Shown here one piece after another: positions 22,287 through 33,024 of a DNA stretch of 64,000 nucleotides; position 1 is the stretch's first letter; the number at the start of each line of letters is the position of its first letter. This DNA comes from Escherichia coli (GTDB lineage Bacteria; Pseudomonadota; Gammaproteobacteria; Enterobacterales; Enterobacteriaceae): NCBI RefSeq assembly GCF_046105845.1, contig NZ_CP151004.1; one strand, given 5' to 3'. The position numbers were made by a program, and so were the translations under genes. The notes under the pieces are model-generated. The model saw nothing but the letters and a program-made list of their open reading frames with translations, did no database searches and was not told where the DNA came from.

Positions 22287-23966
22287 TTACTGCGGGTAAG
22301 GCACCCAGTCGCCGCCGTTCAGGCGAACGTACGGTTTATCCTGGTATTGAATAACTACTGCATTTGAGTTCTCTGAGACCGGTGCTGTTTGTGGCAACCC
22401 ACTGGTGAGTTTTTTCCAGTCAACATTGTCTTCGGTGAAAATCTTGCCATCAAGAACGCGAACCACCAGATCGGAGATAGCCAGGAAGCTGCTCGGTTGG
22501 TCGATGACAATCGGTGCCCCCTGATGTGGTGCCTTCATGCCGAAGAATTTCACCCCAACGGGGACGTCTGTGATAGACGGGCTAGGGATATCACGTAGGC
22601 CAGATACCTGCATTCTGTCGCCCTTCAGCGCGCCGCCGTGTTCCGGCACCACGACCACCATCACTTTACGACCCGATTTCTCCAGTTCAGTAAAGAAGGC
22701 GTCCAGTTCATCAAAGAATTTCTGCGCCCGTGCTTTGTAATCCGCTGTTTTGCTGACGCCCGGATAATGGTTGCCGTCATGCAGTGGAAGCGTGTTGTAG
22801 AACGTGGCACTACGGCTGTTTTTATCTTTTTCGGTAACGTCCAGCCAGCGGTTAAGCACGGCGGTATCGTCATAAACCGGCGAACCATCAAAGCCCAGCA
22901 AAATAACCGGCAGATTTGTTTGATCCATCAATTCGGTCTGCATGCCGCCATTTTCGCGAACTTCTTTCAAAAAACCGCCGAACTGGCCGTTATGTCCCAT
23001 CATCAGGTGCTGGGTAAAGCCCAGTTTCGACAGGTTATCAAACAGATAGCAGTCGTTATTTGCCGGTTGATACAGATTAGTGTGCGAAGTCTGCCCGCAG
23101 CTGGCGCGCAGTAAACGGATCGCTGCCGGGCCACTGTAGGAGGTGGCGGAGTTAAAGTTCTTGAACTCAATATCGAAATGCGACCACAGCGGATGCGACA
23201 TTAACCCGGCGGCTTCAATATCCGACCAGGAAAGCGAACAGATATTAATCACCAGTAGTTCAAATGGCTGAGCATCAGCGGGCAGCGAAGACGGGAAGGT
23301 CGATTTACGTTTCGCCTCCGCGTTATAGAAATTATTCAGCCAGGCGTTAAGGTTCGCCGTTGTTGGCGGTGCAGTTTGTGCGGGCATATCACCCACTACC
23401 GGTGCGCCACCCGTCGCCGCAACGGTTGCCGCTGCGTTACCACCCGTCGTTGTTACAGTGGTCGTCGGTTGACCGGCTGGCCACAAGGAGAAACTTGGTC
23501 CCGCCAGGGTAAGTACGTTCAGCCATAGCAGAATGGCAACCACAAAAACGGTAATGCGAATCCATTGTGACAGGAATAACCAGGCCACTAATAAAACAAA
23601 AATGGCCCCAATCATCTGCCAGTTAATAAAGCGTGTGACAAGGTCGATTAAATAATCGGTACTGAACCCCGCCACCTGCGAACCCTGGCTCATTATGCTT
23701 TCCGGGCCAGGCAACCAGGTGTCATGCCATAACAAAGCAAAGCCGATCGGCAGGGCAATCCAGTGGCGTAAGCGATGCAGGCTGTAGCGCGGAATGGGCA
23801 TCAGCAGAAACGCGGCAAACACCAGATTGAGGAGCGGATGGAAGTTAAGATATCCCGCCCACAACAGGCCGAACTTAACCAGAAAATAGAAGTTCCAGCC
23901 GGAAAGGCCGCGCCAGTATTGCCAGAGGGAAGAAGGCATGGCGGTATTTTGCGTAAATTGAGTCAT
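22287..23966 (-). CDS. bcsG: Cellulose biosynthesis protein BcsG (pEtN-cellulose transferase), 559 aa
   Basis: 559-aa ORF recognised as BcsG (YhjU); N-terminal TM region and alkaline-phosphatase-like C-terminal domain. Confidence 0.93.
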
Positions 23967-24154
23967 TTTTTGGTTGCCCTGGCTTTTTCCGTGCGGCGTA
24001 ACGTCCCGGCCGGTTTAACATAACGAGGTTTAGCAAAGAACAAACGTAAGGTGTCGCGAATGCGTCGCAAAGAGTGCCGCGCCAGATAGCCCAGCGGGAA
24101 AAATATCAGTGCGCAAACGACAATAATTTCAATGATATCGCTGATGGTCATCAT
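23963..24154 (-). CDS. bcsF: Cellulose biosynthesis protein BcsF, 63 aa
   Basis: 63-aa single-TM ORF ([27 protein letters not shown]…); overlaps bcsG start and bcsE stop by 4 nt each. Confidence 0.9.
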
Positions 24155-25722
24155 GATGAGCGCTCCACAGCATCATCTAACAGTCGCATTGGTTCTGGTA
24201 TTCGTCGCCAGTGGCGACCATCGTGCTCGGCATTAATGACCGGTTTAGAATTTTGCGTTAAAGGCAGCGGCATGCCCCATTGTTCTGGGGCAAGCAGGCG
24301 CATCTGCACCAGCTCGGCACTGATTTGATCATCTTCAAACCAGACCATACGGTTTGAGAAAATTTCGCCAGTCGGCAATGGGAAAATATGATTCAACGCG
24401 GTATCCAGATCGTTAATCCGACAGAATGAGAGAAACAGCACCAGCCGATTACCGCCAATAGTCATGATATCGCCGGTGCGGTTAGGGCGACACAGCGTCA
24501 GGGCTTGTTCAACGCGGATACCCGGTACCGGACGTAGGGCAACCAGAACGCCTTTACCGTGGGCAGGTAATAGAGGGTTATTCATCATGCTGTTGACGGC
24601 ATTACAGAACACATCCCACTTCTGGAAACCACGCAGTTTGAGCGGCTGGGTCATTGACAGCAAGGTAGTGATATCTTCCGGCACATAGCGACTAAACTTC
24701 TGCCCTTGCACGCTTTCGATCATCGTCAGACAGCGTGAGAGTGGCGCATTCCATGGGATAACCATATTTGCACCGCAGGCCAATAACAAACGTTCATCGG
24801 TGGCGCGTAGGCTAGCGGTATTTTCCCGTACGAGGATTTTCATCGCACTACCGCGCTGGCGACGCAGGGTATGAATGCTGCGGGCCAGTGGCTCGATTTG
24901 TGCATTTTGCTGTAAAGAAAAGACCACCGTCGCCGCCTGAGCGGTACGGGCTTCATTGAACAGGACTTCGTTATTGTTGAACAGTTGCCAGTGTTCCGAT
25001 AGCGGCGGCGCACCTTCCAGTACAGCAACATTACTCAGAATGCGTTTTTCGTCGCTGCGTGGTTGGATCTCCGCTTCTTCGCTTTGAACTAATGTCCAGA
25101 TACCCTTTTGTTGCTGAACGCTAAGCTGCTGACGGGCGCTGACCCCTTTTTCGTTGCACCAGAAGGCAATATCCAGCAAATGTTGGTCGCCCTGGAAACG
25201 CAAACTGGCAAGACCAAAAAGTGAACGGTATTCCTCAAGCAACAATGAAAATTGTTTATCGTTATTATTTCCGGGATTAATTACCAAAAGCGAACAATGG
25301 TTTAACCTGCTCCATTTATTCATTTTATCCAACCACGAGTGAAGCCGCTCGGCAGGAATGTTTTGCCATGCGTTATTTGCGCAAACAAGAATAAAAAGGT
25401 AATTATGGGGATCAATAGAACACTGCAAATCACGGGCCAAATAGTATAGACCTTTTTCATGATTTAGCATTGAAAATAATTTTATTTTTTCCGGCCCTTG
25501 AGAATCATCTAATTGAAAGATTTTCGCCGGATCGCTGTCCATGCTAATGACCGCGACGTGTGCGGTTTCAGCCTGGGATGCAATTGTTTGATTCGCCAGA
25601 CTGATAGCATCTTCATGGCGATCGACGTTAAACCACCAGACGCCGCCTGCTGGCATATGTCGCAGCTCATCCCATAATGATGAGATACCGATAGAGAATA
25701 CAGGGTCCACAATGTCCCTCAT
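24151..25722 (-). CDS. bcsE: Cellulose biosynthesis protein BcsE (c-di-GMP binding), 523 aa
   Basis: 523-aa ORF recognised as BcsE (YhjS); first gene of the bcsEFG operon, divergent from bcsR. Confidence 0.93.
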
Positions 25723-25993
25723 GTCATCATTTTGTCTGATTATCAGTTTACTAGCGAAAGCTAAGAAATAAACCTACCATTGAAATTAAAACTTATCAGA
25801 TTTAGCATGTGAATCAATTTAGCAGGTCACAAGACGTGTGATTTTAGTCTTTTCGTTTTTAACTTTTTTTGTTGCGTAACGGAAAGTCAAAAAGTGAGCA
25901 AATTCCCGTCTCGCCGTAAACAATAAACCGGCGAAATGCTAACGGTTAGAATTGTCTCATGAACGGTACGGTTATTTCATAGGGATCAAGCAA

Positions 25994-26182
25994 ATGAATA
26001 ACAATGAACCAGATACTCTGCCTGATCCCGCGATAGGCTATATCTTCCAGAATGATATTTTGGCGTTAAAGCAGGCATTTTCACTGCCTGATATTGATTA
26101 TGCCGATATTTCCCAACGCGAACAGTTGGCCGCGGCATTAAAACGCTGGCCGTTGCTGGCAGAGTTTGCGCAACAAAAGTAG
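25994..26182 (+). CDS. bcsR: Cellulose biosynthesis protein BcsR, 62 aa
   Basis: ORF-track frame 25952..26182 trimmed to ATG at 25994 (MNNNEPDTLPDPAIGYIFQ…). Confidence 0.88.
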   Translation: MNNNEPDTLPDPAIGYIFQNDILALKQAFSLPDIDYADISQREQLAAALKRWPLLAEFAQQK

Positions 26183-26193
26183 GGGATTGGTGA

Positions 26194-26946
26194 ATGGCCG
26201 TACTGGGATTGCAGGGGGTGCGGGGAGGCGTGGGGACAACAACCATCACCGCCGCATTAGCCTGGTCATTACAAATGTTGGGAGAAAATGTCCTGGTGGT
26301 CGATGCCTGCCCGGACAACTTGTTGCGCCTGTCATTTAACGTTGATTTTACCCACCGTCAGGGCTGGGCCAGAGCTATGCTGGATGACCAGGACTGGCGT
26401 GACGCCGGGTTGCGCTATACCTCGCAGCTCGATTTGCTGCCTTTTGGTCAGTTATCCATTGAAGAACAAGAAAATCCACAGCACTGGCAAACCCGGCTGA
26501 GCGATATTTGCTCCGGCTTACAGCAACTCAAAGCCAGCGGGCGTTACCATTGGATTTTAATCGACTTACCGCGTGATTCCTCGCAGATAACCCACCAGCT
26601 GCTGAGTTTGTGCGATCACTCGCTGGCAATCGTCAATGTGGATGCCAACTGCCATATCCGACTGCATCAGCAAGCGCTACCGGATGGCGCACATATTTTG
26701 ATTAATGACTTCCGTATCGGCAGTCAAGTTCAGGACGATATTTACCAGCTTTGGTTGCAAAGCCAGCGCCGATTACTGCCGATGCTCATTCATCGTGATG
26801 AAGCGATGGCTGAATGCCTGGCGGCTAAGCAACCAGTCGGTGAATACCGCAGTGATGCGCTGGCGGCTGAAGAGATACTGACGCTGGCTAACTGGTGCCT
26901 GTTGAACTATTCCGGGCTGAAAACGCCAGTCGGGAGTGCATCATGA
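26194..26946 (+). CDS. bcsQ: Cellulose biosynthesis protein BcsQ (ParA/MinD-like ATPase), 250 aa, intact
   Basis: Uninterrupted 250-codon ORF, MAVLGLQGVRGGVGTTT…; codon 6 is TTG (Leu) at 26209-26211. Confidence 0.92.
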   Translation: MAVLGLQGVRGGVGTTTITAALAWSLQMLGENVLVVDACPDNLLRLSFNVDFTHRQGWARAMLDDQDWRDAGLRYTSQLDLLPFGQLSIEEQENPQHWQTRLSDICSGLQQLKASGRYHWILIDLPRDSSQITHQLLSLCDHSLAIVNVDANCHIRLHQQALPDGAHILINDFRIGSQVQDDIYQLWLQSQRRLLPMLIHRDEAMAECLAAKQPVGEYRSDALAAEEILTLANWCLLNYSGLKTPVGSAS

Positions 26947-29561
26947 GTATCCTGACCCGGTGGTTGCTTATCCCGCCGGTCAACGCGCGGCTTATCGGGC
27001 GTTATCGCGATTATCGTCGTCACGGCGCGTCGGCTTTCAGCGCGACGCTCGGCTGTTTTTGGTTGATTCTGGCCTGGATTTTTATTCCGCTGGAGCACCC
27101 GCGCTGGCAGCGTATTCGCGCAGAACATAAAAACCTGTATCCGCATATCAACGCCTCCCGTCCGCGTCCGCTGGACCCGGTCCGTTATCTCATTCAAACA
27201 TGCTGGTTACTGATCGGTACATCGCGCAAAGAAACGCCGAAACCGCGCAGGCGGACATTTTCAGGTCTGCAGAATATTCGTGGACGTTACCATCAATGGA
27301 TGAACGAGCTGCCTGAGCGCGTTAGCCATAAAACACAGCATCTCGATGAGAAAAAAGAGCTCGGTCATTTGAGCGCCGGGGCGCGGCGGTTGATCCTCGG
27401 TATCATCGTCACCTTCTCGCTGATTCTGGCGTTAATCTGCGTTACCCAGCCGTTTAACCCGCTGGCGCAGTTTATCTTCCTGATGCTGCTGTGGGGTGTA
27501 GCGCTGATCGTACGGCGGATGCCGGGGCGCTTCTCGGCGCTAATGTTGATTGTGCTGTCGCTGACCGTTTCTTGCCGTTATATCTGGTGGCGCTACACCT
27601 CTACGCTGAACTGGGACGATCCGGTCAGCCTGGTGTGCGGGCTTATTCTGCTGTTCGCCGAAACGTACGCGTGGATTGTGCTGGTGCTCGGCTACTTCCA
27701 GGTAGTATGGCCGCTGAATCGTCAGCCGGTGCCATTGCCGAAAGATATGTCGTTGTGGCCGTCGGTGGATATCTTTGTCCCGACTTACAACGAAGATCTC
27801 AACGTGGTGAAAAATACCATTTACGCCTCGCTGGGTATCGACTGGCCGAAAGACAAGCTGAACATCTGGATCCTTGATGACGGCGGCAGGGAAGAGTTTC
27901 GCCAGTTTGCGCAAAACGTGGGGGTGAAATATATCGCCCGTACCACTCATGAACATGCGAAAGCGGGCAACATCAACAATGCGCTGAAATATGCCAAAGG
28001 CGAGTTCGTGTCGATTTTCGACTGCGACCACGTACCAACGCGATCGTTCCTGCAAATGACCATGGGCTGGTTCCTGAAAGAAAAACAGCTGGCGATGATG
28101 CAGACGCCGCACCACTTCTTCTCACCGGATCCGTTTGAACGCAACCTGGGGCGTTTTCGTAAAACACCGAACGAAGGCACGCTGTTCTATGGTCTGGTGC
28201 AGGATGGCAACGATATGTGGGACGCCACTTTCTTCTGCGGTTCCTGTGCGGTGATTCGCCGTAAGCCGCTGGATGAAATTGGCGGCATTGCTGTCGAAAC
28301 TGTGACTGAAGATGCGCATACTTCTCTGCGCCTGCACCGTCGTGGCTACACCTCTGCATATATGCGTATTCCGCAGGCGGCGGGGCTGGCGACCGAAAGT
28401 CTGTCGGCGCATATCGGTCAGCGTATTCGCTGGGCGCGCGGGATGGTGCAAATCTTCCGTCTCGATAACCCGCTCACCGGTAAAGGGCTGAAGTTTGCTC
28501 AGCGGCTATGTTACGTCAACGCCATGTTCCACTTCTTGTCGGGCATTCCACGGCTGATCTTCCTGACTGCGCCGCTGGCGTTCCTGCTGCTTCATGCCTA
28601 CATCATCTATGCGCCAGCGTTGATGATTGCCCTGTTCGTGCTGCCGCATATGATCCATGCCAGCCTGACCAACTCGAAGATCCAGGGCAAATATCGCCAC
28701 TCTTTCTGGAGTGAAATCTACGAAACGGTGCTGGCGTGGTATATCGCACCACCGACGCTGGTGGCGCTGATTAACCCGCACAAAGGCAAATTTAACGTTA
28801 CCGCCAAAGGTGGACTGGTGGAAGAAGAGTACGTCGACTGGGTGATCTCGCGGCCCTACATCTTCCTTGTTCTGCTCAACCTGGTGGGCGTTGCGGTAGG
28901 CATCTGGCGCTACTTCTATGGCCCGCCAACCGAGATGCTCACCGTGGTCGTCAGTATGGTGTGGGTATTCTACAACCTGATTGTTCTTGGCGGCGCAGTT
29001 GCGGTATCGGTAGAAAGCAAACAGGTACGCCGATCGCACCGCGTGGAGATGACGATGCCCGCGGCAATTGCCCGCGAAGATGGTCACCTCTTCTCGTGTA
29101 CCGTTCAGGATTTCTCCGACGGTGGTTTGGGGATCAAGATCAACGGTCAGGCGCAGATTCTGGAAGGGCAGAAAGTGAATCTGTTGCTTAAACGTGGTCA
29201 GCAGGAATACGTCTTCCCGACCCAGGTGGCGCGCGTGATGGGTAATGAAGTTGGGCTGAAATTAATGCCGCTCACCACCCAGCAACATATCGATTTTGTG
29301 CAGTGTACGTTTGCCCGTGCGGATACATGGGCGCTCTGGCAGGACAGCTATCCGGAAGATAAGCCGCTGGAAAGTCTGCTGGATATTCTGAAGCTCGGCT
29401 TCCGTGGCTACCGCCATCTGGCGGAGTTTGCGCCTTCTTCGGTGAAGGGCATATTCCGTGTGCTGACTTCTCTGGTTTCCTGGGTTGTATCGTTTATTCC
29501 GCGCCGCCCGGAGCGGAGCGAAACGGCACAACCATCGGATCAGGCTTTGGCTCAACAATGA
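26943..29561 (+). CDS. bcsA: Cellulose synthase catalytic subunit, 872 aa
   Basis: ORF-track frame 26895..29561 trimmed to ATG at 26943 (MSILTRWLLIPPVNARLIG…); GT2 motifs and C-terminal PilZ region recognised; start overlaps bcsQ stop. Confidence 0.95.
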   Translation: MSILTRWLLIPPVNARLIGRYRDYRRHGASAFSATLGCFWLILAWIFIPLEHPRWQRIRAEHKNLYPHINASRPRPLDPVRYLIQTCWLLIGTSRKETPKPRRRTFSGLQNIRGRYHQWMNELPERVSHKTQHLDEKKELGHLSAGARRLILGIIVTFSLILALICVTQPFNPLAQFIFLMLLWGVALIVRRMPGRFSALMLIVLSLTVSCRYIWWRYTSTLNWDDPVSLVCGLILLFAETYAWIVLVLGYFQVVWPLNRQPVPLPKDMSLWPSVDIFVPTYNEDLNVVKNTIYASLGIDWPKDKLNIWILDDGGREEFRQFAQNVGVKYIARTTHEHAKAGNINNALKYAKGEFVSIFDCDHVPTRSFLQMTMGWFLKEKQLAMMQTPHHFFSPDPFERNLGRFRKTPNEGTLFYGLVQDGNDMWDATFFCGSCAVIRRKPLDEIGGIAVETVTEDAHTSLRLHRRGYTSAYMRIPQAAGLATESLSAHIGQRIRWARGMVQIFRLDNPLTGKGLKFAQRLCYVNAMFHFLSGIPRLIFLTAPLAFLLLHAYIIYAPALMIALFVLPHMIHASLTNSKIQGKYRHSFWSEIYETVLAWYIAPPTLVALINPHKGKFNVTAKGGLVEEEYVDWVISRPYIFLVLLNLVGVAVGIWRYFYGPPTEMLTVVVSMVWVFYNLIVLGGAVAVSVESKQVRRSHRVEMTMPAAIAREDGHLFSCTVQDFSDGGLGIKINGQAQILEGQKVNLLLKRGQQEYVFPTQVARVMGNEVGLKLMPLTTQQHIDFVQCTFARADTWALWQDSYPEDKPLESLLDILKLGFRGYRHLAEFAPSSVKGIFRVLTSLVSWVVSFIPRRPERSETAQPSDQALAQQ

Positions 29562-29571
29562 TGATAACGCG

Positions 29572-31911
29572 ATGAAAAGAAAACTATTCTGGATTTGTGC
29601 AGTGGCTATGGGGATGAGTGCGTTCCCCTCTTTCATGACGCAGGCGACGCCAGCAACGCAACCACTGATCAATGCTGAGCCAGCTGTAGCCGCCCAGACG
29701 GAACAAAATCCGCAGGTGGGGCAAGTGATGCCGGGCGTGCAGGGCGCTGATGCGCCAGTCGTGGCGCAGAACGGTCCTTCGCGTGATGTGAAGCTGACCT
29801 TTGCGCAAATTGCGCCGCCGCCGGGCAGCATGGTGCTACGTGGCATTAACCCGAACGGCAGCATTGAGTTTGGTATGCGCAGCGATGAAGTGGTGACGAA
29901 GGCGATGCTCAACCTCGAATACACGCCATCGCCGTCTTTGCTACCTGTCCAGTCGCAGTTAAAGGTTTATCTCAATGATGAACTGATGGGCGTGCTGCCA
30001 GTGACCAAAGAACAGTTGGGTAAAAAAACGCTGGCGCAAATGCCCATTAACCCACTGTTTATTACCGACTTCAACCGTGTGCGGCTGGAGTTTGTCGGTC
30101 ATTATCAGGACGTGTGCGAAAACCCGGCCAGCACCACGCTTTGGCTGGATGTTGGGCGGAGCAGTGGACTGGATTTGACCTATCAGACCCTGAATGTGAA
30201 GAATGACCTGTCACACTTCCCGGTACCATTCTTTGACCCGCGTGATAACCGTACTAACACCTTGCCGATGGTCTTTGCGGGTGCGCCGGATGTCGGGCTG
30301 CAACAAGCATCTGCCATTGTCGCCTCGTGGTTTGGTTCGCGTTCTGGCTGGCGTGGGCAGAACTTCCCGGTGCTCTATAACCAATTGCCGGATCGCAATG
30401 CCATCGTTTTTGCCACCAATGACAAACTCCCGGATTTCCTGCGCGATCATCCGGCGGTAAAAGCCCCGGTGATTGAGATGATCAACCATCCGCAGAATCC
30501 TTACGTCAAACTGCTGGTGGTGTTTGGTCGTGACGACAAAGACCTGTTGCAGGCAGCGAAAGGTATCGCTCAGGGTAACATTCTGTTCCGTGGTGAAAGC
30601 GTGGTAGTGAATGAAGTGAAACCGCTGCTACCGCGTAAGCCCTACGATGCGCCGAACTGGGTGCGTACCGATCGTCCGGTCACCTTTGGTGAACTGAAAA
30701 CCTATGAAGAACAGTTGCAATCCAGCGGTCTTGAGCCAGCAGCGATTAATGTTTCGCTAAACCTGCCGCCAGATCTCTACCTGATGCGCAGTACCGGCAT
30801 TGATATGGATATTAATTACCGCTACACCATGCCGCCGGTGAAAGACAGTTCGCGGATGGATATCAGCCTGAATAACCAGTTCCTGCAATCATTCAATCTG
30901 AGCAGCAAACAGGAGGCGAACCGCCTGCTGCTGCGTATTCCGGTATTACAAGGTTTGCTGGATGGCAAAACGGATGTCTCTATTCCGGCGCTGAAACTGG
31001 GCGCGACCAACCAGCTGCGCTTCGACTTTGAGTATATGAACCCGATGCCGGGCGGTTCGGTGGATAACTGTATTACCTTCCAGCCGGTGCAGAATCATGT
31101 GGTGATTGGTGATGATTCCACCATCGACTTCTCGAAGTATTACCACTTCATCCCGATGCCGGATCTACGCGCCTTTGCTAACGCGGGCTTCCCGTTCAGC
31201 CGGATGGCGGATCTGTCGCAAACCATCACCGTGATGCCGAAAACGCCTAACGAAGCACAGATGGAAACCTTGCTGAATACTGTTGGTTTTATCGGCGCAC
31301 AGACGGGCTTCCCGGCGATTAATCTGACGGTGACCGATGATGGCAGCACCATTCAGGGCAAAGATGCCGACATCATGATCATCGGTGGTATCCCGGACAA
31401 ATTAAAAGACGACAAGCAGATCGACCTGCTGGTGCAGGCGACCGAAAGCTGGGTGAAAACGCCGATGCGCCAGACCCCGTTCCCCGGCATTGTTCCGGAC
31501 GAGAGCGATCGCGCGGCAGAAACCCAGTCAACGCTGACCTCTTCCGGTGCGATGGCGGCGGTGATTGGCTTCCAGTCGCCGTATAACGACCAGCGCAGCG
31601 TGATTGCGCTGCTGGCAGATAGCCCACGCGGTTATGAAATGCTTAACGATGCGGTGAACGATAGCGGCAAACGCGCCACCATGTTCGGTTCGGTCGCGGT
31701 GATCCGCGAGTCCGGTATCAATAGCCTACGCGTTGGCGACGTCTATTACGTTGGCCATCTGCCGTGGTTCGAACGCTTATGGTATGCGCTGGCAAACCAT
31801 CCGATTCTGCTGGCGGTGCTGGCGGCAATCAGCGTCGTGCTGCTGGCCTGGGTACTGTGGCGTCTGCTGCGTATTATCAGCCGTCGTCGTCTTAACCCGG
31901 ATAACGAGTAA
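29572..31911 (+). CDS. bcsB: Cellulose synthase periplasmic subunit, 779 aa
   Basis: ORF-track frame 29485..31911 trimmed to ATG at 29572 (MKRKLFWICAVAMGMSAFPSF…). Confidence 0.95.
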   Translation: MKRKLFWICAVAMGMSAFPSFMTQATPATQPLINAEPAVAAQTEQNPQVGQVMPGVQGADAPVVAQNGPSRDVKLTFAQIAPPPGSMVLRGINPNGSIEFGMRSDEVVTKAMLNLEYTPSPSLLPVQSQLKVYLNDELMGVLPVTKEQLGKKTLAQMPINPLFITDFNRVRLEFVGHYQDVCENPASTTLWLDVGRSSGLDLTYQTLNVKNDLSHFPVPFFDPRDNRTNTLPMVFAGAPDVGLQQASAIVASWFGSRSGWRGQNFPVLYNQLPDRNAIVFATNDKLPDFLRDHPAVKAPVIEMINHPQNPYVKLLVVFGRDDKDLLQAAKGIAQGNILFRGESVVVNEVKPLLPRKPYDAPNWVRTDRPVTFGELKTYEEQLQSSGLEPAAINVSLNLPPDLYLMRSTGIDMDINYRYTMPPVKDSSRMDISLNNQFLQSFNLSSKQEANRLLLRIPVLQGLLDGKTDVSIPALKLGATNQLRFDFEYMNPMPGGSVDNCITFQPVQNHVVIGDDSTIDFSKYYHFIPMPDLRAFANAGFPFSRMADLSQTITVMPKTPNEAQMETLLNTVGFIGAQTGFPAINLTVTDDGSTIQGKDADIMIIGGIPDKLKDDKQIDLLVQATESWVKTPMRQTPFPGIVPDESDRAAETQSTLTSSGAMAAVIGFQSPYNDQRSVIALLADSPRGYEMLNDAVNDSGKRATMFGSVAVIRESGINSLRVGDVYYVGHLPWFERLWYALANHPILLAVLAAISVVLLAWVLWRLLRIISRRRLNPDNE

Positions 31912-31917
31912 TTGAAG

Positions 31918-33024
31918 ATGAATGTGTTGCGTAGTGGACTCGTGACGATGCTGCTGCTGGCTGCCTTTAGTGTTCAGGCAGCCTGCAACTGGCCTGCCTG
32001 GGAGCAGTTCAAAAAGGATTACATCAGTCAGGAAGGGCGCGTCATTGACCCAAGTGACGCGCGTAAAATCACCACTTCCGAAGGGCAAAGTTACGGCATG
32101 TTCTTTGCCCTGGCGGCTAACGACCGTGCAGCTTTCGATAATATTCTCGACTGGACGCAGAACAATCTCGCTCAGGGTTCTTTAAAAGAACGTTTGCCCG
32201 CATGGCTGTGGGGCAAGAAAGAGAACAGTAAGTGGGAAGTGCTGGACAGCAATTCGGCCTCCGATGGTGATGTCTGGATGGCCTGGTCGTTGCTGGAGGC
32301 GGGGCGTTTGTGGAAAGAGCAGCGTTATACCGACATCGGCAGCGCGTTGTTAAAACGTATTGCGCGGGAGGAAGTGGTGACGGTGCCTGGGCTGGGTTCC
32401 ATGTTGTTGCCGGGCAAAGTGGGATTTGCAGAGGATAACAGCTGGCGTTTTAACCCCAGCTACCTGCCGCCGACGCTGGCGCAGTATTTCACCCGCTTTG
32501 GCGCGCCGTGGACTACGCTGCGCGAAACCAATCAACGTTTATTGCTGGAAACCGCCCCGAAAGGCTTTTCGCCAGACTGGGTGCGCTATGAGAAAGACAA
32601 AGGCTGGCAGCTAAAAGCCGAAAAAACATTGATCAGCAGCTACGACGCGATCCGCGTTTACATGTGGGTAGGCATGATGCCTGACAGCGATCCGCAAAAA
32701 GCGCGGATGCTCAACCGGTTTAAACCGATGGCGACATTCACCGAGAAAAACGGCTATCCGCCAGAAAAAGTGGATGTGGCTACGGGGAAAGCGCAGGGTA
32801 AAGGACCGGTCGGTTTTTCTGCCGCCATGCTGCCCTTTTTACAAAACCGCGATGCGCAGGCCGTTCAGCGCCAGCGCGTGGCCGATAACTTTCCCGGCAG
32901 CGATGCCTATTACAACTATGTGCTGACCCTGTTTGGACAAGGCTGGGATCAACACCGTTTCCGCTTCTCGACAAAAGGTGAGTTATTACCTGACTGGGGC
33001 CAGGAATGCGCAAATTCACACTAA
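31918..33024 (+). CDS. bcsZ: Endo-1,4-beta-glucanase (GH8), 368 aa
   Basis: ORF-track start at 31912 is TTG; ATG at 31918 gives [21 protein letters not shown]… signal peptide and the expected 368 aa. Confidence 0.93.
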   Translation: MNVLRSGLVTMLLLAAFSVQAACNWPAWEQFKKDYISQEGRVIDPSDARKITTSEGQSYGMFFALAANDRAAFDNILDWTQNNLAQGSLKERLPAWLWGKKENSKWEVLDSNSASDGDVWMAWSLLEAGRLWKEQRYTDIGSALLKRIAREEVVTVPGLGSMLLPGKVGFAEDNSWRFNPSYLPPTLAQYFTRFGAPWTTLRETNQRLLLETAPKGFSPDWVRYEKDKGWQLKAEKTLISSYDAIRVYMWVGMMPDSDPQKARMLNRFKPMATFTEKNGYPPEKVDVATGKAQGKGPVGFSAAMLPFLQNRDAQAVQRQRVADNFPGSDAYYNYVLTLFGQGWDQHRFRFSTKGELLPDWGQECANSH

